From the NCBI GenBank assembly GCA_002269645.1, contig NIVC01000260.1, positions 248,001 to 312,000 on the forward strand: a stretch of DNA of 64,000 nucleotides. The letters run 5' to 3'. Positions 51,956 to 64,000 of the stretch are shown piece after piece (position 1 is the first letter of the stretch; the number at the start of each line of letters is the position of its first letter). Below the pieces are notes generated by a model that made no database searches, was not told where the DNA came from, and saw only the letters and a list, made by a program, of their open reading frames with translations. A program made the position numbers and the translations under genes. Origin of the DNA: Macrostomum lignano (taxonomy: Eukaryota).

Positions 51956-53470
51956 TCAGTCACAGAATCCGCCATCGTGCGAGTGCACCTCGTAGGCTCT
52001 GCGCCAGATGATGGACAGGCACACAGTGGAGTGGAACCTGTAGAATATGTTGATGGGCTGCCCGATGTGAACCAGAATATTCAGTGCGGCCGGTGACACA
52101 TTGTCCAACTGATACGAGAACATCAGCTCCTCGACTTTGCGCACCTCGAAAGTCTCCATGACCCACATGGACAGGTTGACGCCCAGCAGGGCCATCACGT
52201 GACTGCGTCCGGGCTTCGCCACGGCGGTGGGAAACGCATCGGCTCTGCGTCGAAGACCGTCGAGTAGGCAGAGCGTCTGCAGCGCCAGCTGGAGACTGCA
52301 GCTGGCCTGCGTGATGAGCTCGGCAACCAGGTAGGCTGGCGGGAACTTATCCGAGTGATCCACGAACACGGACGCCAGCGTGACCTGGTAGACCAGGGCG
52401 CCGAACAGGGCGAACGTGAGCAGCTTGTCGTCGAAAGTATGCCGCTCGCATTTGGTCAATGCGAGGCGCTTCAGACGCTGGTAGACCATCAGGCACAGGA
52501 CGCTGCCAGCCATGCTGAGCAGAATGTCCTGGCTGAGATAGGCGGCGCTGGCTGTCCAGCCGTCCAGGAACAGGTAGACAGCCACCGTGATCACTACGGT
52601 GACGGCTAGAGAGGCCAGGCAGAGCGCCAGGCCACGCCGCGATTTGGCGAAGCGTCGACGGAAGAACTCAGCGACTGCACCGGCACTCGCGGAGCCTCCG
52701 TTGCCGCCGTCTTCGACCTCGGCGCCCTCGACGGCTTGCTGAGGATGAAGCGGCGCGAAGCTGCGATGGTCGCCAACGCAGGCCATGAGGTGCAGCACCA
52801 TGGGAGCGCAGAGTAGGCAGTACTCGATCACGGCGGGCATGAGGAAAGGCTGCGCGGATTCCAGCAGACTCGAGGCGGCAGCGGCGGCAGAGTGCTCGCT
52901 GCAGGAATTCGACTCGTTCCGAGAATGATGCGGCTTTTCCTCGAACTTTTCTTTGATCTCGCCGATGGCCGAGCTGGCCCAGATGCAAATGTTAGCGGTG
53001 AACAGGTGGGCCAGGGCCATCCGGTTCTGAGCTTTTCGTAGCAGAAACACGGCTCGATGATGGCGCAAGATGAACACCGCCTGAAAGGTTGTGAAGACCG
53101 CTTCGAGCAGGCTCATGAGGATTGCGGCGGTCCGAGAGCCGCAGGAGTGCACGGCGGCCAGCACGGCTGCGGTGCATCGCATCAGGTTCAGCGCCACGGC
53201 CCCGGCCAAGAAGACAACCAGGCCGATGCGCAGGTAGATCACCTCCTGCGACGATGCAGCCGCCACCTGCCTGGCGTGCCAAGCCAGGTAGACAACAGCC
53301 GCCGTGCCCAGGGCGTAGAGTAAGGCAAAGAAGATCTCGTGGAATTGGGCGTGGGTGGGCGAGCTGCTGCTAACGGCGAAGTAGACAGTGGTGGCAACTC
53401 CGATAGACACGGCGGCGATCGTGTAAACGGTGCTGACGAGCTGCCAGAGGAGACGGTACTCGCGGTTCAT
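51956..53470 (-). CDS. OTOP: Otopetrin-family proton channel, intronless CDS (504 aa from MNREY...)
   Basis: About 12 hydrophobic segments. Otopetrin motifs YLRIGLVVF, FTTFQAVFI, HLFTANICIW...IGE, PFLMPAVIEYCLLC, NLSMWVMETF, PINIFYRFHSTVCLSIIW. An AG acceptor lies just upstream (CCCCACACAG|CAGCCGAAATG), so a small upstream exon cannot be excluded. Confidence 0.9.
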   Translation of the reverse strand: MNREYRLLWQLVSTVYTIAAVSIGVATTVYFAVSSSSPTHAQFHEIFFALLYALGTAAVVYLAWHARQVAAASSQEVIYLRIGLVVFLAGAVALNLMRCTAAVLAAVHSCGSRTAAILMSLLEAVFTTFQAVFILRHHRAVFLLRKAQNRMALAHLFTANICIWASSAIGEIKEKFEEKPHHSRNESNSCSEHSAAAAASSLLESAQPFLMPAVIEYCLLCAPMVLHLMACVGDHRSFAPLHPQQAVEGAEVEDGGNGGSASAGAVAEFFRRRFAKSRRGLALCLASLAVTVVITVAVYLFLDGWTASAAYLSQDILLSMAGSVLCLMVYQRLKRLALTKCERHTFDDKLLTFALFGALVYQVTLASVFVDHSDKFPPAYLVAELITQASCSLQLALQTLCLLDGLRRRADAFPTAVAKPGRSHVMALLGVNLSMWVMETFEVRKVEELMFSYQLDNVSPAALNILVHIGQPINIFYRFHSTVCLSIIWRRAYEVHSHDGGFCD

Positions 53471-54189
53471 TTCGGCTGCTGTGTGGGGCTGCGGTGAAAT
53501 GGAGGAAATTAATTGATTTATTTTCCTGAGTAGGATTAATACGAAACAGTCGGTTACCAAGAAACAATGCATAGCAAATAATCCTCGTAGTACCTGCGAG
53601 TCTCCCCTCTAACCAGAATCCAATATAGTAAATTGGTGTCTGCTATAGTGCATGTGGGTAGAACTATAAAGCGACTTCCGACATTTGGTTGCGGCAAATT
53701 ATCACGATTATAGTTTTTCGGCCCCATTTAATTGGGACTTGGACAGCGGCTTGTCGTGCTGTTCACAGCCAAGAGGGCCAACCCCCCAAGGTGCAGAGAG
53801 TGGTACACGCCTGACAGAGAGAAAGTCAAAGGGCCGCTGTACACTCTGTGTGAGTGTGTGTACATGCATGTTCTCTTGCATGTGCTCAGAAGCCAGCGGA
53901 ATGGGCGAAATTGCTTCAGCTGTCACATCTCTCCTGCAGTTGTTTTATTATTACTACTATTGATACTGCACCCAAACCAAGAGCCGGACGAGTGTAAGAG
54001 TCCACGAAAGCACCCGGGCTATACTTTAAGGTTAGGAATACTTTAAGCATGCAGCTTGTGCCATATCTCAAGACACGACGGCGGAAACAGAGGCATGGAT
54101 TTTATGGCGGGGACAAAGCCAAGAATTCTGCATATTGAACATGTACACAACTAAATTCCTGCATGATGTACATTATAGTTTCAGAATGC

Positions 54190-55940
54190 GTGCTGTCAGC
54201 AATTATTTTGGCGCCGCAGACACCCCTTTTAGCGCAGCAGGCACCATTTTAGCGCCGTAGGCCACCATTTTAGCGCCACAGGCACCATTTTAGCGCCGCA
54301 GGCACCATTTTAGCGCCGTAGGCACCATTTTAGCGCCATAGGCACCCATTTTAGCGCCACAGGCACCACTTTAGCGCTCCATTTTAGCGCCGTAGGCACC
54401 ATTTTAGCGCCGCAGGCACCATTTTTGCGCCTCAGGCACTCATTTTAGCGCCGCAGGCACCCATTTTAGCGCCGCAGGCACCATTTTAGTGCCGTAGGCA
54501 CCATTTTAGCGCCGTAGGCACCATTTTAGCGCCGTAGGCACCATTTTAGCGCCGCAGGTACTCATTTTAGCGCCGCAGGCACTCATTTTAGCGCCGCAGG
54601 CACTCATTTTAGCGCCGTAGGCACCATTTTAGCGCCGCAGGCACTCATTTTAGCGCCGCAGGCACCCATTTTAGCGCCGCAGGCACCATTTTAGCGCCGT
54701 AGGCCACCATTTTAGCGCCACAGGCACCATTTTAGCGCCGCAGGCACTCATTTTAGCGCCGTAGGCACCATTTTAGCGCCATAGGCACCCATTTTAGCGC
54801 CGCAGGCACCACTTTAGCGCACCATTTTAGCGCCGTAGGCACCATTTTAGCGCCGCAGACACCATTTTAGCGCCGTAGGCCACCATTTTAGCGCCACAGG
54901 CACCATTTTAGCGCCGCAGGCACTCATTTTAGCGCCGCAGGCACCCATTTTAGCGCCGCAGGCACCATTTTAGCGCCGCAGGCACTCATTTTAGCGCCGC
55001 AGGCACTCATTTTAGCGCCGCAGGCACCATTTTAGCGCCGTAGGCCACCATTTTAGCGCCACAGGCACCATTTTAGCGCCGCAGGCACTCATTTTAGCGC
55101 CGTAGGCACCATTTTAGCGCCATAGGCACCCATTTTAGCGCCGCAGGCACCACTTTAGCGCACCATTTTAGCGCCGTAGGCACCATTTTAGCGCCGCAGA
55201 CACCATTTTAGCGCCGTAGGCCACCATTTTAGCGCCACAGGCACCATTTTAGCGCCGCAGGCACTCATTTTAGCGCCGCAGGCACCCATTTTAGCGCCGC
55301 AGGCACCATTTTAGCGCCGCAGGCACTCATTTTAGCGCCGCAGGCACTCATTTTAGCGCCGTAGGCACCATTTTAGCGCCATAGGCACCCATTTTAGCGC
55401 CGCAGGCACCACTTTAGCGCACCATTTTAGCGCCGTAGGCACCATTTTAGCGCCGCAGACACTCCTTTTAGCGCCGCAGGCACTCATTTTAGCGCCGCAG
55501 GCACCCATTTTAGCGCCGCAGGCACCATTTTAGCGCCGTAGGCACCATTTTAGCGCCGTAGGCCACCATTTTAGCGCCACAGGCACCATTTTAGCGCCGT
55601 AGGCACCATTTTAGCGCCGCAGGCACCATTTTAGCGCCGTAGGCACCATTTTAGCGCCGCAGGCACTCATTTTAGCGCCGCAGGCACTCATTTTAGCGCC
55701 GCAGGCACTCATTTTAGCGCCGCAGGCACTCATTTTAGCGCCGCAGGCACTCATTTTAGCGCCGTAGGCACCATTTTAGCGCCATAGGCACCCATTTTAG
55801 CGCCGCAGGCACTCATTTTAGCGCCGCAGGCACCATTTTAGCGCCGCAGGCACTCATTTTAGCGCCGCAGGCACCATTTTAGCGCCGCAGGCACCATTTT
55901 AGCGCCGCAGGCACTCATTTTAGCGCCGCAGACACCATAT
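54190..55940. repeat. 20-21-bp minisatellite (CCATTTTAGCGCCG(C/T)AGGCA)
   Basis: About 85 units with ~300-bp higher-order block repeats. Confidence 0.97.
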
Positions 55941-58297
55941 TTTTTTGCCCTGTAGCAAAATTATTGATTTCCATAACAGGTCAACAAAGCGTTGGCATCT
56001 CCTTCCCATAGCTCTTACTGGCCTTCGCCTATGTGAGAAGTGCATGCCTGAGTACGAGTAAGAAAGATGATTCTTCACGCGCTCTGAGGTCACAGAAATG
56101 TGAATGTCTTATGAATCGGGGGTCACAGCTCCCTGAGAGCTCAACTATGAACTATAGCTCCAATGAGTCACGAATTAAAAAGGCCAGTTCCGTTCTGAAA
56201 CCTCCCGTCTACCCATTATGAGGACTTTCTGGGAAATTCTCTCAGGCAGCCAGATGTTATCGACCTTGACTGGAAGTTTATTTTTTACTGATATTCACCT
56301 TGGATTTCGATGGGGCGGAAAATTTATGAACGCAAAGAATAACAAAGCAGAAGCATCTAAAGCCAGACTGCTGTGGGGGTGAGCAATTTCTGCTGCTAGA
56401 CAGTACTGAATCGCTGAAGAATTTATTGAACAAAACTGCATCTCTTAGAAATAAATTTCCAAGCCGCAACCAAAACAAAATGCAAAAAACGATTTTGCAC
56501 TTTTAAGCCACACAGCTCCAGCAGGAAGGAGCACTGCCACAGGGGGACAGAGATATTCCGAACGCTGTGTATCAGCTAGAGGCCAAGCGTTGATGCTTGC
56601 AAGTGTGTAGTAATAAATAAATTAGGGCAAGCATATGGGCTGCCTAGATGGTTGTTCCATTGGCTAAAGTGTCAGAGAACGATCCGCCCTTCCCATGTTG
56701 AATTACTGTATGAAATTGTTATTGGCATGGCTAATTGCACTATTATGAAACACAACACTTGGACTGGATTTTCTAATTACAGGGGTTGGCACAACGTTTT
56801 TTTACCTGAATGGGCCTGAGATGAGATGAGAGAAAAGTGGGTTGGAGTCTGACGAGCCTTGATCGCTGATTAGTGATAAATTAAACAGGCCAACTGCACG
56901 AGAGTAACACACTGCAAGCACTTACTGTATCACCAGATGTCCGCTGGTTCACAGTGGCTAAACAAAAAGTAATTAATGCCTCAGGCTGGGTCCTCGAGCT
57001 CTCCATCCAGTGCAGTCGGTGCAGATATAAATGCAAAAATGCACGGGGGAAGGGGCAGGAGGGAACTGGGTTAGACTTTGGCATCCAAAAGTGCACTAAA
57101 CTGTGCTTTCCCTATTGGCTAAGCTCGGAAAAAGCTAATTGGACGATTTTAATCTAATTCAAGTTGGTAGAGCAGAGACATGTGTCGCTTAATGAGCTTC
57201 TCAGATTTTTTACGGAATTAATATATCGATAATCGACACAAGCCGATTTGGCGGCCAACCAAGGTAAGTCGCAAAAATTCCCACCCGAATAAATACCAAA
57301 GTAGTACTAAGTAGATGACGAGGCATTTTGCCTTAATAAGACAGTTATAGTTACTCCTGCCGTTTACCCAAAGTTGCGTTAGTTTTGCTTTAGGACTTCT
57401 TTTACATGTACGAGCGTAAGTCGCATTTTTGGCCAAAAACTACGTCGCATTTTTGTTAAAACTAAGTCGCACGGCCGACCAAATTTTGGAGGTTGCGCAT
57501 GTATGACACAAGCATTAGAATACGTTTTCTAGGCAGCAAATCCACAGATTTCTTTGTCCAAGCAAAATAAACCCGATGGAAACGGTACCTACAGAGTCTG
57601 AGACGAGTCTGAGACGTTTCTATAATGACTCTGGGGCCGTAGAGTCGAATCTGAGACCTGCCAGAGTCGCTGTAGAATCACCTGAGTTGCGCCTAAAGCG
57701 CATTTGCATCATTTTATGAATTTGAATCGCATTTTACATTTTGTCTACTTGAACTTTAGAAGGTTATTAAACCGCTAACACCACCACTCATTAAACGACT
57801 TTCTCGTGACTCAAACGATTCTGCAACTCGCGTGATGCGCTCGTGACTCAACAGTCGCCTCTCCGTCGCATTGCAGTTGTTTGAGTCGTTAAAAAGTCAC
57901 GAGAGTCGCCTTAGATTCGCTATAGTCACGAGTGAGTTGTTGGCAATAACTCTAACGATTATTGGCACGGTACAACGTTTCTAACGGGAAAGACTTAGAT
58001 GCAGTATAGATTATTCTAGATCGTAGATTATTCTGTGACCCAATATGCAATAAGTACTGTAAATATTGAACCACTTAATCCAGAAAAATCAAACTGACTC
58101 CAAGAACTGATTTGCTTTGCACCGAACAGAACGGCTACTACAGATGGAGTGCCAGCACTATGTAAGCACCAACTTATATTATTATATTTACTTAGACACA
58201 AACGTCAGCTGTAACAGATTTAATAGGCCACAACCATGTCAAACCATTGCACAGACGCGAAATCAGTGCAGTGGCCTTGACTCCCAACGGATCCAAG

Positions 58298-61200
58298 TTA
58301 GTTGTTGAGAAGCTGGAAAAGGAGGTAAAATGGACAATTTTACTTATTTTAGAACCGTTTGTCACTTTCCGTATACAAAATAAAAGCTACGAGCTAGGTG
58401 AGAGAGTATTTGAACTCACGTCGCGGATTCTGTCGATGTTCTGCTGCAGGCGGTCCCTCAGAGGTCCCTCGGGCAGCCTCTCCAGAGCCTGCTCAAGACG
58501 CTCGAGAATACGCTCAAGAAATTCGACGCGGTCAGACTCGCCGAAGTTGAAAGCGGCGTCCTGCAGGTCGGTCAGCTTGCGGCGCAGGTACTCCAGAGCC
58601 TTGTTCAGGTAGGCGCGCAGCCTCGAGTCCTCGGGCAGCTTGGCGATGGCGTCCTCCAGACGGGCGATGGCCCGCTCTAGCATCTCGATGGCCTTCTCGC
58701 GCCAGTCGGACACGGATAGGCTGCTGCTCTCCAGACGCTCCTTCAGGCGGTCGATGCGCTCGCGCACCTCAGACTGGATGGGCTCCGGCAGCCGGCTGAC
58801 CAGCCTCTCGAGCAGGTCGGAGTTCAGGAACCTGAGCAGGGCTTCGTTGCCCTCCTCCTTGTACTTGTTGATGAGACGGCGGATCCTGTCAAGCAGCTCG
58901 CGGACCCTGTCGGTCACCACGATGGCGTCTTCTTCGGGGCGCAGGGAGTTCAGAAGCTGCCATGGGTTGAGGTGGTTCGGAACTTTTGGATTTGGATAGC
59001 AGACGATGCTGTGTAGGTCTAGCAGTAATGGGGTGTGAATCACACGACAACCCCTGGCCAATTTTCATGCACAAGCCTCAGCTGAATGTGGCCGAGCACA
59101 GAGTCTAACCAAGGTACTTTAGCGCGATTGAGACGCGTTAACAGCAGAGCTACTCCGAGCCCTTCACATCAGGCAACTTTGCGACTCATACTAGCCTATC
59201 TTTAGCTTAGGTTTAGCTCATCGTGTACGCAAAATTTAATCTAGGGAGAGCTGCTAATCTGGGGGTGAGTATTAAAAATCTGGATGAGTGGTGCTAATCT
59301 AAGTGTGGGAGTAGTACTAATCTGGGTGGGAGTGGTGCTAATCAGGATGGGAGTGGTGCAAATCTGATGGTAGTCGTGTCAGATTTATCGCGGAATGATT
59401 GCAAATTTAGTATTTCTTGGAGATGAGTGACATTTGCCCTGGGACTGTGCAAAACTGCCTATATACAAGCGCTAAACTGCTAGGGAGCCACCCGGTTGGG
59501 GGGAAATGGCTAGTCCCATATACTAAAAGTGATTTTGTCCGTAGGTAGATGTGATTGATTTTAGGAAATAGGACTGAACCGCTTTTCCCGAGACTTGCAC
59601 CGTTAGATAATTAAGAAAATATCTGGTGACGGAACACGTGTCGTGGCTAAGAATTTGCTCGTCAGATAGCTCGTACCAGTATAATCAATCTTGGTAATCT
59701 GAAATCCACTAAATCCACTATACCAAAAATAAAATCTAAGTTTGAATCCCAACGCATAAAAATAGCAATTTGAAGCATATAAACAATTACAAAATCGTTG
59801 ACTAGTAAATGAGTGAGTAACATTTAAGGCTAAAAAACAGTTAGGAAACTGTACGAGCGTAATTAGTAAAACCGATGAGGCAATAAGGATGCGATAAGAT
59901 TATAATGTAAGAAGCAAAGAGATCATACTAACAGACAAAAATAACTATGGCAGGCTACAAAAAGAGGAAGAAACATTAACTATAAACTCACATCGCGGAT
60001 CCTGTCGATGTTCTGCTGCAGACGGTCCCTCAGAGGTCCCTCGGGCAGCCTCTCCAGAGCCTGCTCAAGACGCTCGAGAAGACCCTCAAGAAATTCGACG
60101 CGGTCGGACTCGCCGAAGTTGAAAGCGGCGTCCTGCAGGTCGGTCAGCTTGCGGCGCAGGTACCCCAGAGCCTTGCTCAGGTAGGCGCGCAGCCTCGAGT
60201 CCTCGGGCAGCTTGGCGATGGCGTCCTCCAGACGGGCGATGGCCCGCTCCAGCATCTCGATGGCCTTCTCGCGCCAGTCGGACACGGATAGGCTGCTGCT
60301 CTCCAGACGCTCCTTCAGGCGGTCGATGCGCTCGCGCACCTCAGACTGGATGGGCTCCGGCAGCCGGCTGACCAGCCTCTCGAGCAGGTCGGAGTTCAGG
60401 AACCTGAGCAGGGCTTCGTTGCCCTCCTCCTTGTACTTGTTGATGAGACGGCGGATCCTGTCGAGCAGCTCGCGGACCCTGTCGGTCACCACGATGGCGT
60501 CTTCTTCGGGGCGCAGGGAGTTCAGCAGCTGCCATGGGTTGAGGTGGTTCGGAGCTATGTACATGTCTGTGGTTCAGCAACTGCATGGCATGTATCCATG
60601 CATGTATATCGATTTTCTAGGGTTTACAGATTAAGGTGTGTCTGTGTGGTCGTGCTTTGTTTTTTTTCAAAATACGAGTATTAGCTAGCTTGCGACCCAA
60701 CGATGTTTTGACGAATGTAGAGCTCTGTTTTTATTGCGTGAACAGGGCCGGTCATGCAAGGCCTCAAGAAAAGTTTTGGTCGTCTAAGAGATGAGACTTA
60801 TAATCAGCTTGGCTACAGAATGCTGTGCGCAATGTTGCTATGTGGTGGCAACGCAATTCTCGGGAGCTGTTTGTGACTCCTAAAGGTGGACTTTGAGCTG
60901 CTCCGTGCAGTGAATTCACTAGACAAGAAGTTTGGAACCGCAATACGCATCAGAACAGACCATCTTGGTTATCTATTGTCTAAAAGGAGCCTCGGTACCT
61001 CAGTTTTGATGCTATAATTTCCACCAATGATTCCAGACATCCAAGCATGAAAATCCATGCGCACATGATGGCTTCGGTAACCTAACGACTGCGTGCGCGA
61101 ATCCAAAGGAAACAGGGCTTTTTCAGAAAAACACCTAAACAGACAAAAAGGAGTACGATTTGAACAATAGGCCACTCACATCGCGGATCCTGTCGATGTT

Positions 61201-61566
61201 CTGCTGCAGGCGGTCCCTCAGAGGTCCCTCGGGCAGCCTCTCCAGAGCCTGCTCAAGACGCTCGAGAAGACCCTCAAGAAAGTCGACGCGGTCGGACTCG
61301 CCGAAGTTGAAAGCGGCGTCCTGCAGGTCGGTCAGCTTGCGGCGCAGGTACTCCAGAGCCTTGTTCAGGTAGGGACGCAGCCTCGAGTCCTCGGGCAGCT
61401 TGGCGATGGCGTCCTCCAGACGGGCGATGGCCCGCTCCAGCATCTCGATGGCCTTCTCGCGCCAGTCGGACACATCAAGCTCCTGGGCTGGCAGAGCCTT
61501 GGCGTCGGTGAAAGCGATGGGAGCCGCGACAGCGGCTACGGCGATCAGCACCCACAGTAGCTTCAT
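58298..61566 (-). CDS. Unrecognised secreted all-alpha-helical repeat protein. Exons 61566-61180, 60528-59992, 58956-58420, 58312-58298; 491 aa; 5'-UTR intron 61665-61571
   Basis: Signal peptide MKLLWVLIAVAAVAAPIAFTDA. All three coding introns are phase 0 with GTGAG donors and (C)AG acceptors. Two 537-nt exons are ~98% identical, and exon 1 carries a third copy of their 3' part. Terminal exon LLNN*. Codon usage is strongly GC3. Confidence 0.88.
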
Positions 61567-63010
61567 GGTTCTGCAAGTCGCGGTTTCGGTTTGAAAGCAA
61601 TTCGTATAATCAATACAAAAGCTGACAGAATTGCAGCAATGCACGAGCTTATTGATGAGACTTACCGTTAAGCGTAGTCTTGTATACCGTAATCAATGAC
61701 AGAAATATCAACAAAGCGGCTGCTGACTAATTTATAGTAATAGTCACAGCAACACGTGCTGATCGAGCGCTTGCCATTGAATCTTATCGGTCCAATGGGG
61801 TCATGCAACGTCAGCCGTGTAACCCCGTCAGCTTGCCAATTGTCAATACCAGACTGAAAATTCGTTTCTACAAAGTTTCGCACCCTGCTATGACCAGTTT
61901 AAGGCGGTTTCTCATTCTCACACACTGTCACTTCGTGACAAAACTTGCTGACTACATGGGCTGATTTTATAACGTGATTTTTTCTGCTTTTTTGTTGACT
62001 GTTGAACAGCGATATGGGCGCTTGTATGCGTGGGTGCAGACAAAGAAAACAATTTCAATATTTCCCGAGCGCATGAGCCTGTCTTTGATAGATGCGTAGC
62101 ACGCAGTAAAGAAAAGACTCGAACTCTACCACTACGAGATCTACGAACTAGTCCAATGAGGAATATCACGAGTATTCCAACTGGCAGAACTTAGAGTCTA
62201 TAGATTCAATTAAGTATAGATTATAGATTATAAGATTATAAGATCATAGATTCAATTAAGTATTTCCATGTCTTATAAGGGTAAAGACTGCTTTTGAGAA
62301 ATTAAATGAGCCCTTAATCAAGTAAAATGGTCGTAAAAGAGAGACAAGAGCAAAAGACAGACCAGCTCAGTGGGTAAACGCGTCCGACTTTCCGTGTGTG
62401 TCGACATCAAATTGACGGCCAAAAACCTCAGGGCACAGGGCGTGTACATATCAGTCTTAATTTGTAAAGTTCCAGAAAGGCTCACATACAATACTATTAA
62501 AATATCTTAGATGGTATCACTTGCAGACGATAGACAGCATAGTTCGATAATACAAGGAGCGTATCAAATTAATCTTTTATCTTTAGCGCAGCTGTTGCCA
62601 GTGTCTGTAACAGTAGGAATACATTTTCCGTCCGTCGAACTGCCAAGAGTAGAAATTCCCTAGGGACAATTTTTTGTTGCACACCTCGAAAAATAAATAA
62701 GTCGCTAGCCCTCCATACAGTCGAGATATTCAACGATTCTGCCAGATCAGATTTTTCCAAAAGCTCCAGTGTATTCAATGCACCCCCGTGCACCAATCAG
62801 CACTGCGCCTCACTGCGGCCTTGCGAAGCCTCCAAATTTCATCAGCACGTCGACCACACGTGTCTATGTATCTGGTCACTGGCCTTCTTCACCTAGACGG
62901 AGCTTCGGGACCTTCAACAGATAGCACCGAGTGACTATGGACACTCTATTGCGAATTTCTCTGATCAAGCCTCATCAGTGGGCAAACCTCAAATGCTGGA
63001 CATCCTCAGC

Positions 63011-63491
63011 TACGAGGGGTGTCCGGAAATAAAGTTCCGACGCTTTTGATCCCAGAGCAAAAACAGCAGCAGCTGCAAGCACAACTTTTGGTGTCATTTT
63101 AAAGCGGCACGTCTCTTCTTTACAATCAATTCAGTCGCGTGTACTTTGGTTATTTCATTCAAAAGTTGTGTTTAAAGCCATCGAAAAGCCACTGATAGTC
63201 GTACACTCATTGCACACTCATGATGGTGTCGATGATCAGAAAAAACCAAAATACTTGACTAAGCAAAATTTCGCAAGGTGCAAAACAGCGAGATTTGCTT
63301 ACAAGTGACGGAGTGTATAAAATACTCAACACAGAAGGGGTGGGCGGTAAGAGGGATGCACTGTACATTAGAGCCGTTTCGTGAACGCTGATATACTACT
63401 GCTGGTATATGACACCAAAATTTGTGCTTGCAGCTGCTACTGTTTTTGCTCTGGGATCAAAAGCGTCGGAACCTTCCGGACACCCCTCGTA
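63011..63491. mobile_element. Tc1/mariner-type MITE (481 bp including flanking TA)
   Basis: TA|CGAGGGGTGTCCGGAA...TTCCGGACACCCCTCG|TA. About 85-bp imperfect TIRs; no transposase inside. Confidence 0.88.
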
Positions 63492-64000
63492 GTTTCTCAA
63501 GCATTCGGTCGTTATCCAGACGCTGTCGGCACCTTCAACTCAAAAGACGGCACGAAGCGACTATGGACACGGTCCGGAGGGCTGGCGACTTGATTCGTGT
63601 TTCAGAAGATGCGCAGAAAAAAATTATCTAAGGGAACCTCCCCCTCCTGGTAGTTCTATTGTTAATACGAGCGTAGACTGTAAAAAAAGAAAAAAAATTC
63701 AAATTTGTTGGATATTTCCTTGCATTTTTGCAACAAATTGACAAGCAGCAATGCAATGCAAGTAAATTTTATTTTAGAATACAATCAGTTTGAATAGTTA
63801 CACAATAAAAATGCTACAGAACAAGCAGGTTAACTAAGCAGTGAGTTTTTGCTAACTGTTATTACATTCCATTAGCTACGAGTTCCGGATTTAGTTCAAG
63901 CATCCTTAGGCCTATCGGACAGCTGTCGCCGGTCCAAAATATGATTCTCTGGCAGTTCAAACAGTCTTGGAACCTCATCTAGCTCCTGTTTAGAATACTC

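Noticed and set aside
57580-57960. Imperfect foldback rich in GAGTCG/CTCGTGACT words
   Set aside because: Arms too degenerate to define termini or a TSD by eye.

Overview
Eukaryotic (animal) genomic DNA. GC-rich exons sit in AT-rich, minisatellite-dense introns and spacers. The style and gene set suggest a free-living flatworm such as Macrostomum (inference). Eight protein-coding genes can be modelled from GT-AG, frame-consistent exons: a GPSM/Pins-type TPR+GoLoco gene (5' end missing), two tandem THAP-domain genes, SLC35B2 (PAPS transporter), a two-alpha-crystallin-domain small heat-shock protein (p40-like), a tincar homologue, an otopetrin with an intronless CDS, and an unrecognised secreted, cysteine-free, all-helical repeat protein built from duplicated phase-0 exons. 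Also present: one tRNA-Cys(GCA), a decayed Penelope-like retroelement ending in a minimal hammerhead ribozyme, tRNA-derived SINEs, a Merlin/ISXO2-type transposase fragment, a LINE 3' fragment, several MITE-like inverted-repeat elements and more than 20 tandem arrays. The most striking unexplained signal is that differences between repeat copies across the window are dominated by CpA->TpA / TpG->TpA changes, the signature of fungal RIP. All of this is from reading the sequence by eye; no searches were run.
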